Shown here: positions 11,041 to 22,464 of the stretch, piece by piece
How positions within the stretch are numbered: the stretch's first letter is position 1
Layout of the letters: the number at the start of each line of letters is the position of its first letter
NCBI RefSeq assembly: GCF_006345805.1
Contig: NW_021828083.1
Coordinates: forward strand, 1 to 36,680
DNA from: Octopus sinensis
Taxonomy: Eukaryota
Reading direction: 5' to 3'
DNA: 36,680 bases
The notes under the pieces: generated by a model
The model's database searches: none
What the model saw: the letters and a program-made list of their open reading frames with translations, nothing else
What the model was told of the DNA's origin: nothing
Translations under genes and position numbers: made by a program

Positions 11041-11220
11041 TATTCAGCAACAGTACTTTGTAGTAAAGATTGTTTGCCAACATAACATGGCAGTCCTGGT
11101 TTAGGATGAATGTTGCTGTAATTTAGCCCCAGGTGACATCGTCTCCAGCTGGCTATACGACACGATCTGCGTCCTTATATTTTCGAACAAGGGAATCTTG
11201 CACCCCCACTCAGCTCAAAA
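11041..11220. mobile_element. Unclassified interspersed repeat; rearranged copy at 21116-21270
   Basis: tattcagcaacagtactttg...gccaacataacatggcagtc and the following ~70 nt recur at 21.1-21.3 kb. Confidence 0.75.
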
Positions 11221-11614
11221 CAATATCTGTGGAAACTCGAAGTGAAGATTTGTAATTGGGAAGAGTATAATTATTTCTAGCACTCCTGGCACCACAAAGA
11301 AATCCTTTCAATGTTTCATACGTTTTTCTTTTTTGTTTTGATAATTTGTTACAACGGCCGAGTAAAATCAATATTCAGGGTGGGAACAGGTAGGAATTGT
11401 CAAAATCCCACCCTGGGGCTTAATTGGTAGTTATTTTATCAAAGCTGGAAATGGATTTAAATACAAAACTAGATTGACAAGCTTGAAAACCAGAACACAA
11501 AGAACTGTGAGCGCCAATGGAAGTGTCCCTACGCGATCGTTCGACCTGCTAGTCGTAGCACCTAAATCTCCCTCTAATCATGGGCTGCATTTCTACGTAG
11601 ATAAATAATGAAAA

Positions 11615-11719
11615 GAGATGATTCTGGGTTCAATCCCACTGCATGACGCTTCGGGCCGACCAAAATCTTGTGAGTGGATTTGGTAGACGAAAACTGAAAG
11701 AAGATGTCCATCATGTGTG

Positions 11720-11775
<56 letters not shown>

Positions 11776-11986
11776 GTCTGTGTGTGTCTCTCACCACCGC
11801 TTGACAACCGGTGCTGGTATATTTACGTTCCCGTAACTTAGCGGTTTGTGCAAAAGAGTCCGATAGAATAATTACCAGGTTTAAAAAAAAAGACTGGCTT
11901 CGATTCATTCGAAAAAAACTCCTCAAGGCGGTGTCCCAGCATGGCCGCAGTCTAATGACTGAAACAATCCAACGATAACAGATAAG
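11615..11986 (+). mobile_element. SINE family A, 5'-damaged, with expanded internal (TG)n
   Basis: B-box ggttcaatccc, cgggccgaccaaa...gtgagtggatttggtagacg, and tail. Confidence 0.88.
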
Positions 11987-11997
11987 ATTCTCCTGAT

Positions 11998-12160
11998 GAT
12001 GGCGAATGGACGGACAGAAGCGTTAGAATTACAAAGACGATGCCTTGTGGTATTTGTCGCGATTCGCTTCATTCTGAGTTCAGTCGCTGCCCAAATTAAA
12101 TTTGCCGCCATCCTTTGGAAACCGATAAAGTACCAATCAAGTACTGAAATCGATATTACA
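11998..12160 (+). mobile_element. Degraded SINE family D
   Basis: Residual cgttag...atgccttgtggtatt...ttctgagttca...ataaagtacca motifs. Confidence 0.6.
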
Positions 12161-12344
12161 TTTCTTTCTCTCTCAATTTCGTTCTCTCCTTCTCTATCTC
12201 TTTCTCTCTCTCTCTCGCTCCCTCTCTCTATCTCTATCTCTTTCTCTCTCTCCCTCTCTCTTTCTCTCTCTCTTTCTCTTTCTCTCTCTCTTTCTCTTTC
12301 TCTCTCTCATTCTCTTTTATCCTCTCTCATCCTCTCTTTCTCTC

Positions 12345-12388
<44 letters not shown>
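12161..12388. repeat. (CT)n microsatellite
   Basis: Direct reading. Confidence 0.97.
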
Positions 12389-12389
<1 letters not shown>

Positions 12390-12771
12390 TTGTCTTCTCT
12401 TTCCCTCCCCATCTTTCCGATGTCGTCTTTTCAATTAAAATAAGGCAATGAAACAATTACTTTCTAATTTCCCATGGTTCATCAAAGAATTCATTAGTGC
12501 TCTCATATGTCGCCATGATGATTCGCATTTCAGAATCACTCTAACATGGAAGCTTATCGCCATTGCAATTCTCTTAAGTATAGGTTTGTACAATCAGTGC
12601 TTTTCTCCGGTTAAGCAACGACTGGAAGTAGATCTGCGTGGTGGTCTTTGAATTCTGTGTCTCTCTCGAAAACAATTCAAATTTCATTGCCTCAATGTTA
12701 AAATATCACTGTCTACATTCATGGCAGAAAGTGCAAAGCTGTTCAAATAGACATACCAATGCTTATTTGAA

Positions 12772-12950
12772 GGCGTGTGGCCGAGTATCTAAGATGTTGC
12801 ACTCGCAACCAAGTGGCGCGTTGCATTCTTGAGCAAAATAGTTCCTTTCACATTGCCCCAGGCCACTCAACTGTAAATGGGCAGCCCATCGACAGACCGG
12901 TTTTCCAATCAGGAGAAATTATGGTCTGCTCGCATAACCAGTGAGGTGTT
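12772..12950 (+). mobile_element. Degraded tRNA-derived SINE-like fragment
   Basis: ggcgtgtggccgagt head-like start and ttgagcaaa...cacattgccccaggccactcaactgtaaatggg core resembling the B-type core. Confidence 0.5.
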
Positions 12951-13099
12951 ATCATTCAAAAGCTAAATTGATGCAAACGCATTGTGACGAGCGATGTAGA
13001 GCAGCATCTGTAGTCTGGACGACGATTCAAACACACGATATCAAAGCTTATAGAGTCGCTATAGACATACTCCTGAGACAAATAAAAATGCCGTAATAT

Positions 13100-13350
<251 letters not shown>

Positions 13351-13402
13351 ATGTATGCATGTATACACTTTTCTATTAAAGCCGCAAAATCACCACAACA
13401 GC

Positions 13403-13500
13403 TGCTACTCAAGGTTTCACCTGTCCGTTGGTCGGACACTCTGATCAAAGGTCTTGATCACAACTGTCCGACGAACGGTAACGTGAAACTGTGAGTAGCA
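13403..13500. ncRNA. Inverted pair of hammerhead-like motifs (U4C core) forming a long hairpin
   Basis: Plus strand 13465-13500 ugu-CCGACGA-acg/guaa/cgu-GAAAC-uguga-GUA-gca; the minus strand of 13403-13438 reads ugu-CCGACCA-acggacaggu-GAAAC-cuuga-GUA-gca. Confidence 0.6.
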
Positions 13501-13649
13501 TTTTTTGTGATGTTTCTACAGCTTAAATTAAAAAAAAGCATATTCTCTACCTTCTGTTTTGAGTACGATTTTTCCACCTTGCTTTGCATTTATTTGCTTA
13601 CATGTGTCTGTGTATATATATATATAGATATATATATAATATATATTAT

Positions 13650-13695
<46 letters not shown>

Positions 13696-14014
13696 TTCAA
13701 AAGTGTTTGTGTGATATCAGAAGATTCAATACTATTTCTGCTACCAACTAAACTTTATTTTTCATTGACATGTTTCCATTGCAAAAATTTTAAATTATCA
13801 TCTTGTCCATAACTCAACTATAGTAAGCATTTTATACGACGACAACGACGTTGACGTCACATTTTCTATATTAATATACACCTTAAATGACATTCATCAC
13901 AAAATGACCGAAAAACATATTTCTACAGAAGGGTTGTTTGCTTCACACTCTTCGTGTGCTGAGTTTGCCCATAAGAAAGAAACAAATAATACAATGTGAC
14001 TGTAGGTCATAACA

Positions 14015-14042
14015 TCCGGGCAACGCTGGGAGGCATTGCTAG
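14015..14042 (+). mobile_element. Putative Helitron 3' terminus
   Basis: GC-rich hairpin (t)ccgg-gcaacg-ctgg(g) about 8 nt upstream of CTAG, followed by T of a (TA)n tract. Confidence 0.45.
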
Positions 14043-15276
14043 TATATATATAATATATATATATATATATACTATAATATATATATTACCTTTCTCATAA
14101 ACAATATTTATTCTCGGTGCTAATTGCAAACACAATATTTATTTATTTCTGTCAATTTTTCTCTCCCTGTAATCAGAGGAAACTTGAGGCTGATTAGCTT
14201 CTAGTCCTGTTAGTCATTTAACCATCGTGTGACCACTGTGTTTGCCTTACATACCGAAGATGCTTCTGAAAATGTGTCAAAACTATAATGATGTCCTATA
14301 TAGCGGCTGATGATAGAATGCCCATTTCTGTTAAGATTTTAATTATTGATATTGTGATATGTGTGTGGCGGGGCGTGTTTAGATTAGCGCGAAAATGTAT
14401 TCTAAATCAATGTGCGTAAGTTCAATATTGTAATATTATACATACGCATAAATGTTTGTGTATGTTTCTAATTGGGAACTACTATATGTTCATGAATGTG
14501 CGTTTGTCTGATTGTATATATGTGTAATATATACGCTTAAATATATATGTACCCACACACACGCATTTATGTACACTTAAGTCTCTCTCCGTATCTTTGT
14601 GTGTGCGTATGTGTATGCGTGTGTTTGCAATCGGAGGCATGTTTCTTTTTATGTCTAGAACTCAAATTAACACACAAGTATGATGTCTCCTGTAATATTA
14701 ATTTCTGCGTTAACTTTCATTTTTTTTCTCTTATTGTTTTTCTTAGGCCAATTTCCTGTTTGCGATTAACTCAAGCATTACAGAAGCCAGGAGTACATGT
14801 TACCTTTATCAGGTTAGTTGAAGATCTTTTACGACTCAATCTCTCTCTCTCTCTCTTTCCTTCTCTCTCTCACTCTCTCTCTCTTCTTCTCTCCTTCGTT
14901 TTCTCCACTTTCTAGGACATACACTGATCTATTCAAGAAAAGAAATTCGCGGATACGTGCCGCTTTCATTCTATACGTTTCTATTACAGACACCCATCAA
15001 TACATACATACATACAAACACACACATATACATACACACATACACAAACATACGAACACATACTCACACACTCACATATATATATATATACTCGTCTCGT
15101 TCTTAGGAATAGCATTACACGCTACACCATCCTCTCTCCTTCTATCTGTCTCCCGATATGTGTATGTCTAAGTATGTGTGTGTGTGTAGTGCAAGAGAGA
15201 GAGAGAGAGGGGGGAGCGAGATAGGAGTATGCTTTTGTATTGCTCCTTCCAAGAATGAGGTTCCATCCAAGAATGA

Positions 15277-15498
15277 GGCGGCGAGCTGACAGAGACGTTA
15301 GCAAGCCGGGCGAAATTCTTAGAGTATTTCGTCCGTCTTTATGTTCTGAGTTCAAATTTCGCCGAGGTCGACTTTCCCTTTCATCCTTTAGGGGTCGATA
15401 AATTAAGTATCAGCAACGCACTAGGGTCGATGTAATCGGCTTAATCCCTTGTTTGTCCAGTCTATGTTTAGCTCCTTGTGGCAATAAAGAAATAAGAA
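15277..15498 (+). mobile_element. Full-length SINE family D with 10-bp flanking direct repeats
   Basis: Head ggcggcgagctg...gttagc, B-box gagttcaaattt, tail gcaataaagaaat; aagaatgagg at 15269-15278 and 15494-15503. Confidence 0.9.
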
Positions 15499-15549
15499 TG
15501 AGGTAACTTTGTAGTCTAATATTTTATTGCATGAAAGATAATAAAAAGA

Positions 15550-15602
<53 letters not shown>

Positions 15603-15699
15603 GGCCACCGGCGTACAGATCGTCGAACAAATAGTGAAAAAGACAGAAACACGAATATACGCATTAGGCCTATGTACGCATGTGCATTGAACCAGATGC

Positions 15700-16165
15700 A
15701 TAGACATTTTTGTAACCATAAAGTTCTACGTTCAGTTCAACAGCGTGATATCTTGATCAGAGATTTTTTCTTATTGCTTTGGACTGTCTGAAGTGCCCTC
15801 GGTGAAGCTGAAGAGACACTTTGTACATGTAGCCCAGCCATATTTCCTCGTTACAGGTCCCCGTAGCATCCATCTTCTACAAAGAAAAATCATGCTTTCA
15901 GCTCGTCACAACACTTAGACAGAACTATTTCATCTCAACTAGCCCTGTTTTGTTTAAAACCATGCCAAGAAAAAGGTCCCCTAATATTTAAACGGTTCCT
16001 GGACGAATATCTCCAGAACCACCTTCACCCGGATATGTCTCTGCAAAGAATAAATTTACTCTAATGGAATATAATGCCGAAAGAATGACTGTAACAGGAA
16101 ACATCATTACATGGCTTCTCCAGGTGATGGAAAGAGAGTTTCCGTTGAAACTTATCTAAGTATCA
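15700..16165 (+). mobile_element. Highly degraded 3' fragment of a CR1-group LINE
   Basis: Residual peptides KVLRSVQQR, TTLRQNYFISTSPVLFKTMP and IFKRFLDEYLQN..SPGYVSA parallel the ORF2 C-terminus of the 2.4-5.6 kb LINE. Confidence 0.55.
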
Positions 16166-16336
16166 ATATATTACTGAGAGAAATAACTCAAGGACGTCAT
16201 CTGCATAAAAAACAATTGCTAAGAGAATTGTTAATACCTTTAGTTCCATCATTATTATTAAGATGATAGAAAATTCTATGCAATGTCAATGACTAAAATC
16301 ATTTTAATTACACATATAAAAATACACACACTCACA

Positions 16337-16377
<41 letters not shown>

Positions 16378-16626
16378 CACACACACACATGCACACACTA
16401 CGATTAGATTATGTGTTCATTTGTCAGTCTTTTTTACCATGTAGACACTTTTGGAATTATTCTGGAATTCTATGTCTTGGTCAAAATACTATTGTCCCTT
16501 GTGCCCTCTCATAAAATTGCCATGTGCATCTTCATGTTTTTGATATGCGCCCTGTGAACATATCTTTAACTAACAATCCATCTGTCTCTTTGCACACACA
16601 CACACACACACACACCACACACACAC

Positions 16627-16669
<43 letters not shown>

Positions 16670-16704
16670 TATATGCTGCGCTCATGTGTTGCGTGTGTAA
16701 ACAA

Positions 16705-16927
16705 ATTTATAATACAAGAAAATGGAATGAACGGGCTTCAATCTAAATAACAATTGTTTCTGTACATTTGAAGTGCTCTAAAAGCCACTCACCTGATGAT
16801 GTGCAAGCGCACAGCTATAATAATATCTATAAGGGAAACACTCAACAACTAACAACTGTTGCCAATGCACAGAAACGATTGTGATTTGGATTAAAGCCCG
16901 TTCATGCCATCTTCTCGTATTCTAAAT
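16705..16927. repeat. Inverted repeat: 64-bp arms (55/64 identical, ungapped) with a 95-bp spacer
   Basis: 16705-16768 versus the reverse complement of 16864-16927. Confidence 0.9.
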
Positions 16928-17087
16928 ATTTTTGAATAAATTCTGCGTACACTAACGCATATATGCGCATATATTTATGTATATCTGCGTGATATGTATG
17001 CCCCTATTCAAATTTATATATACCTGTGTGTGTATATATTATAATATATCTATACATAACACAGCACGCAATATATATATATAAATC

Positions 17088-17134
<47 letters not shown>

Positions 17135-17135
17135 A

Positions 17136-17179
<44 letters not shown>

Positions 17180-17293
17180 GTATTGTATGTATGTATGTAT
17201 ATATACATTATATATATATATATATATATTATACATATATATATATAAAAACTTTACTTGGAGGATAGAAACTACGCGTGGCTCTCTCATATA

Positions 17294-17370
17294 ATAACAA
17301 TTTGCCAAATAAAACATATGCATACATACATACATATATGTACATACCTATCTATATGTAATATATATAA

Positions 17371-17408
<38 letters not shown>

Positions 17409-17627
17409 TACAGGATACCACAAATAAACGTAGAACACAACGAGAAACGAAGACATAAAACAAACAAGGAAACGGACACATTGAGTCGAACCATGGGCAG
17501 CTGATGAAGGGGAATATTCCTTGTATTGTTTGTCTTGTACCCCTTGTTTTTCGTTGTTAAAAAAGTCCGTTTCCTTTTTATGTTTTCGTTTCTCGTTATG
17601 TTCTACGTTTATTTGTGGTGTCCTGTA

Positions 17628-17685
<58 letters not shown>

Positions 17686-17716
17686 TGTATATATACATAT
17701 AGATGTATGTATGTAC

Positions 17717-17749
<33 letters not shown>

Positions 17750-17790
17750 TGTATGTATGTATGCATATGTTTTATTTGTTAAACTGTTAT
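17294..17790. repeat. ~500-bp fold-back inverted duplication
   Basis: 17406-17477 versus the reverse complement of 17565-17630 (3 substitutions, one 6-nt indel); symmetry continues through the flanking microsatellites to 17294/17790. Confidence 0.9.
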
Positions 17791-18215
17791 ATATATATAT
17801 ATATAACGGATTTCCACATGTATATGCATTAAAAGAAGTATTCTTGCTGTATGATGGCATATGGTTGCCGATAAACGTAGAAGAGATTTGAGATACACAT
17901 TAGTAGGTTATTCCCCACATAATATTGAATAGATATATATGTGTGTGTGTCTGTGGGTATGTGTGTGTATGTATACATATACAAGTCTATATATATATAT
18001 ATATATAAATGGATGAATGCATTATCCTTTGTTTACCGTTAACATGGAAAATTCAATAAACAGTTACCAGGGTAGCAAAATTCGCGCAAGTAACCAGGAT
18101 GCAGCGACCTATTCAAAGGTAGAAACTCCGGGTTAATGTGCAGTAATTTGTATAGTATAAGTAAACGAGTCATCAAAATTGTTATAATGTCTTGTTGTTG
18201 GGATAGGCTCTCTCT

Positions 18216-18298
18216 CTTTCCTGATGAGAAGATTGCATTTTACACCGTTTATTCCTTTGGAATAAAACAAATGTTGTCTTCGAAACATATGTCGAAAG
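18216..18298 (+). ncRNA. Type I hammerhead ribozyme motif with fully canonical core
   Basis: Stem I cuuuc/gaaag, CUGAUGA (18221-18227), long stem II gaagau.../...gucuuc with apical tttattcc-ttt-ggaataaa, GAAAC-AUAU-GUC; predicted cut after 18293. Confidence 0.88.
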
Positions 18299-18356
18299 TA
18301 AAAGAATTTGAATAGCATCTACGTTCAACTCCATTTATTTACTGATATATACACAC

Positions 18357-18388
<32 letters not shown>

Positions 18389-18959
18389 ACATATACACGT
18401 CTCAGCCTCTCTATATATATTAATATGAACACACGCATACAAGTGTATATATAGCAACAGGTCTCCATGCACACACAACTGCATGCAAACATAATTAGCC
18501 ATTTACATTTACCCACATAATAAAACATTAAGACGACTTCCTATAAAACACATTAGCGTTTATTTCCATTTCCCTATCGCAAAATATTAAAGGACCTTCT
18601 AGGCATTGTCATTAATATTTTTGTTTGAAATATTTTCCTATAATTCATAAATAGAAAGCAATTAATTTATAACTAGTGATAAACATTTTAGGATAATATT
18701 TACAAATTGGAGAGAAAAAACTCGTAAAAATAATAATACATAAAATTTACAAAACTTCAAGCATAAAGTATTTTCAGAAAATGAGTTGAGTAAAGTCGCT
18801 TGTATGATGCTGTATGAAAACATATTCTGAGGATTTTTTTTTTTTTTGGCTAATTATTCGTAGATTTTATTTCTGATTAATTATGAATGTATAATTGGCT
18901 GTGTGTGTATGCGCATATATTTATGTATATCTGAGCGATGTGTATGCCTCTATTCAAAT

Positions 18960-19058
18960 TTATATATACTTTTGTGTGTGTGTGTGTGTGTATTATCTAT
19001 ACACAAACACACACGCAATACACACATATATATATATATATAATATATATATACACAT

Positions 19059-19090
<32 letters not shown>

Positions 19091-19355
19091 TATATATACA
19101 TACATACATATATATATATATACGTAAATATATATATATATCTATATATATATATATATGTAAATATGTATATATACATACACATACATACATATGTATA
19201 TCTGTATATGTATATATATACATACATATATATATATAGATGTATGTATATATATAATGTATATATATGTATATACATATATATATATATATATATAATA
19301 TAATATATATATATATATATTATATATACTATATCTATATATATATATATATATA
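18960..19355. repeat. Compound TA/CA/TG microsatellite
   Basis: Direct reading. Confidence 0.97.
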
Positions 19356-19798
19356 GGCGACGTGTGCACATCCATGCATATACACAATGGGGTGTATTCA
19401 ACTCACCTGTTTGATGTGGATTTCGAATACCCTGGAATTGATTATATGAAATAACATCTGAGCATCCAATTCGAATTGAACTCGTGTTATCGATTCCTTA
19501 TTACCAATAACGTATATGACAATATTATTATTATTTTATTTATTTGTTCGTTTATTTATTTATTTATTTCCTAATACGACAACTGAAAATAAACGGTTCG
19601 ATTTTGTTCTGCCGTCAAGTTTCAAGTCTCCTCCCTAAACTTCTGTGCTTATAAAAAATGGCTGTTGTTGTTTTTACGAATCTTTCGCAGCTGAGTGCCA
19701 TCAAGCTATCCTCTCTGTAAGTGTTTCGCATAGGAACGGGACCTGAGATGTCTGAAGTCGAGGTGGAAAAACTGACATTTTTAATAAAAAAAAAAATT

Positions 19799-20198
19799 AA
19801 GATCCTGGAAGAGATTGTGCCAAAGATCCCAGCAATGAGATTGTGCACAGTACCAAATATCACAGCAATGCCATCGCGCTTCAGGTCCAGTTACTGCAAC
19901 ATCCTGGGTTTCGGGAACTGACAGCTTTTTAATATTCTACCAAAGAGTTTGAGGGACCTACACAAAGTAGAAGTAGGTGTTTTCAAATCAAAACTGGACT
20001 TCTTCTGTTCGAGAGTCACAGATGAACCTACCTCGTGGCATGAGGTGCAAATGAGGGAAGCGACATTAAACTCCCTTTTTCACCAAATGCCACATATTAG
20101 AGGAGGCTCTCAATAATAACAGTGTAGCAAAACGACGGTGCCCCAGCATGGCCACAGCTTTGAGCTGAAACTAATGAACATAAATGAATAAATAAATA
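19799..20198 (+). mobile_element. Diverged 3' fragment of the same LINE lineage as 2366-5575
   Basis: Encodes ILGF..QLFNILPKSLRDLHKVEVGVFKSKLDFF.SRVTDEPTSW.EVQMREATLNSL; shares the tail cggtgccccagcatggccacagct...agctgaaacta; (TAAA)-like tail. Confidence 0.9.
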
Positions 20199-20693
20199 GA
20201 CGGTTTAAAGATTAAAGATTTGAAATTATCTAATACCACCACGAAGAAGGTGGATTTGGATAGACACAAATTCTATATTTTCTTTTCAGTAATAAAGGAG
20301 GGAGTCCATTATATTAATATCTTTTCGTGTGGGTAGTACCCCGATATTTGAACCGCTGTTGTATGTAGTTACTTGATAATTTGCTTAAGTAGGCCTACTG
20401 TGACGTCAATTCACCATACGTCACGTGGTAAGTAATTGTACATAATGATGTTAGCATAGATTTGGTAACAGTTATCGCCAACTCCGTTCTAATGCCATTA
20501 CTGACTGATATATCATGCGATCTCTATTCATACTACTTGCTCTCACGTCACATGTTATCGTATGAAAATCGGACGGCCTCTCTGCTTTCCAAGCTAAATC
20601 TATTTCAAAAGAAAAACGTGAATGGCGCATATGGAGCGTCTTCGATCAAATATCCGCTCTATTAGAAAATTATTATTTGTAAATATCACAACG

Positions 20694-21108
20694 AGGTGTA
20701 GTAGTGGCTGTGTGGTAAGTAGCTTGCTAACCAACCACATGGTTCCGGGTTAAGTCCCACTGCGTGGCATCATGGTCAAGTGTCTTCAACTATAGCCTCA
20801 GGCCGACTAAAGCCTTGTGAGTGGATTTGGTAGACGGAAACTGGAAGAAGTCCGTCGTATATATGTATATACATGTATGTGTGTGTGTGTGTGTGTTTGT
20901 GTTTCTGTGTTTGCCCCCCACCATCTCTTGACAACCGATGGTGGTGTGTTTACATCCACGTAACTTAGCCGTTCGGCAAAAGAGATCGATAGAATAAGTA
21001 CTAGGCTTACAAAGAATAAGTTCTGGGGTCGAGTTGCTCGACTAAAGGCGGTGCTCCAGCATGGCCTCAGTCAAATGACTGAAACAAGAAAAATAGTAAA
21101 AAGAGTAA
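20694..21108 (+). mobile_element. Full-length SINE family A
   Basis: A/B-box-like head, internal TA/TG linker, tail aaggcggtgctccagcatggcctcagtcaaatgactgaaacaag. Confidence 0.92.
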
Positions 21109-21115
21109 CGAGAGC

Positions 21116-21270
21116 TATTCAGCAACAGTACTTTGGAGTAAAAATTATTTGCCAACATAACATGGCAGTCGTATAACCAGCTGGAGACGATGTTTCCTGG
21201 GGCTAAATTACAGCAACATTCGTCCTAAACCAGGACTGCCATGTTATGTTGGCAAATAATCTTTCCTCCA
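21116..21270. mobile_element. Internally inverted copy of the 11041-11220 repeat
   Basis: 21144-21170 is a perfect 27-bp inverted repeat of 21234-21260; the middle is the reverse complement of about 11090-11161. Confidence 0.85.
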
Positions 21271-22464
21271 TCTGCTCTATTGTTGATATTTTAGTGCAAT
21301 GGTTCTCATCCATTTCTTTTCTATCGATCCTTCTGATTCCTCTTTTCCGAGAGTGGACCTTCCTTGACATTCGATGTTTAAATATTCTATTATATTCTTA
21401 TAATTCACTGGGAATTACATTAAAAAAATTGTTAAAATATTATGTGTACTGTAACAATAAAACTACTATAGCGCTCGTGATTTTTAACATCAAAGTTTTT
21501 TATGGACCCCGGTTTATAATCACTGGTTTACAGCCAATGAACAATAAAAGCTGGATGTTTCTTACAAAGTCATTTTAGACTCATAGTAGTCTTGAAGCAT
21601 GGCTGCAGCTATGTATTTGTGACTTTCAAGGTGGAAAATATAAACATCAATGAAAAATCGAAACAGCGGGTTTCGTCAAACAAAACGCCAAGTGATATTT
21701 ATTGCACACTGAATTACAGACATTCCAATTTCACCCTCGACCTCAGAAACTTAGTGATCCTATAAGCAAATAATTTCGACATAGTTAAATAAAATAAACA
21801 ATCAATTATAACAAAGGAACCCTTGGAGTAATGAAAGAGTTATCTACTGAGAACAACTGTTTGAGGAGTATTACACGAGTTACGTGCCTTGTCAATGAAA
21901 TCATCAAAAACGCCATTAATGCAGCGTGAAATATGGGGGAAATTTGATAACCGGGACTCTATATTGATGACTATTTGCAAAGAATTCAATTAATTGTCTC
22001 ATTAGAGTATAATATTAGACAGTTTTTATTTTATTTTGTTTGTTTGCTGTAATTTTTCTTCTATCGTCTCCGATTCCTGTCCTCGATGATGGTATATTAT
22101 CTGTGATTTCAATAGTTTGTATAATATTGGTATTTAATATCCCTAGGGTATTATATACTTTTGCTTTTATTCATGAAGATTCAGGAAAATATGAATATCA
22201 ATTAAGTCAATATTAAGTTTATACAGAACGGTATGCAAATATGTATGTATATGTATTGTGTGTTGTTGATATCTATCTTCGTATGTATGTAAGTATGAAT
22301 ATAGCAAGCTATGAACGTCTGCATCAATGTATGCTGTAGTGGCAACATGTTATAACGGAGAAAAAAAAGATGTACTCTGTGTGTGTCTTTGTGAATGCGT
22401 GCGGATGTTTGCATGTACGTGTGTGTATTTCAGTGTGTGTGTGTGTGTGTCTTACTTGTCTGCA

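Noticed and set aside
11993-11999. CUGAUGA
   Set aside because: No stem II or GAAA follows; it runs into a SINE
14366-14375. GC-box-like ggcggggcg with a nearby GTAAGT
   Set aside because: Isolated short motifs with no other promoter evidence
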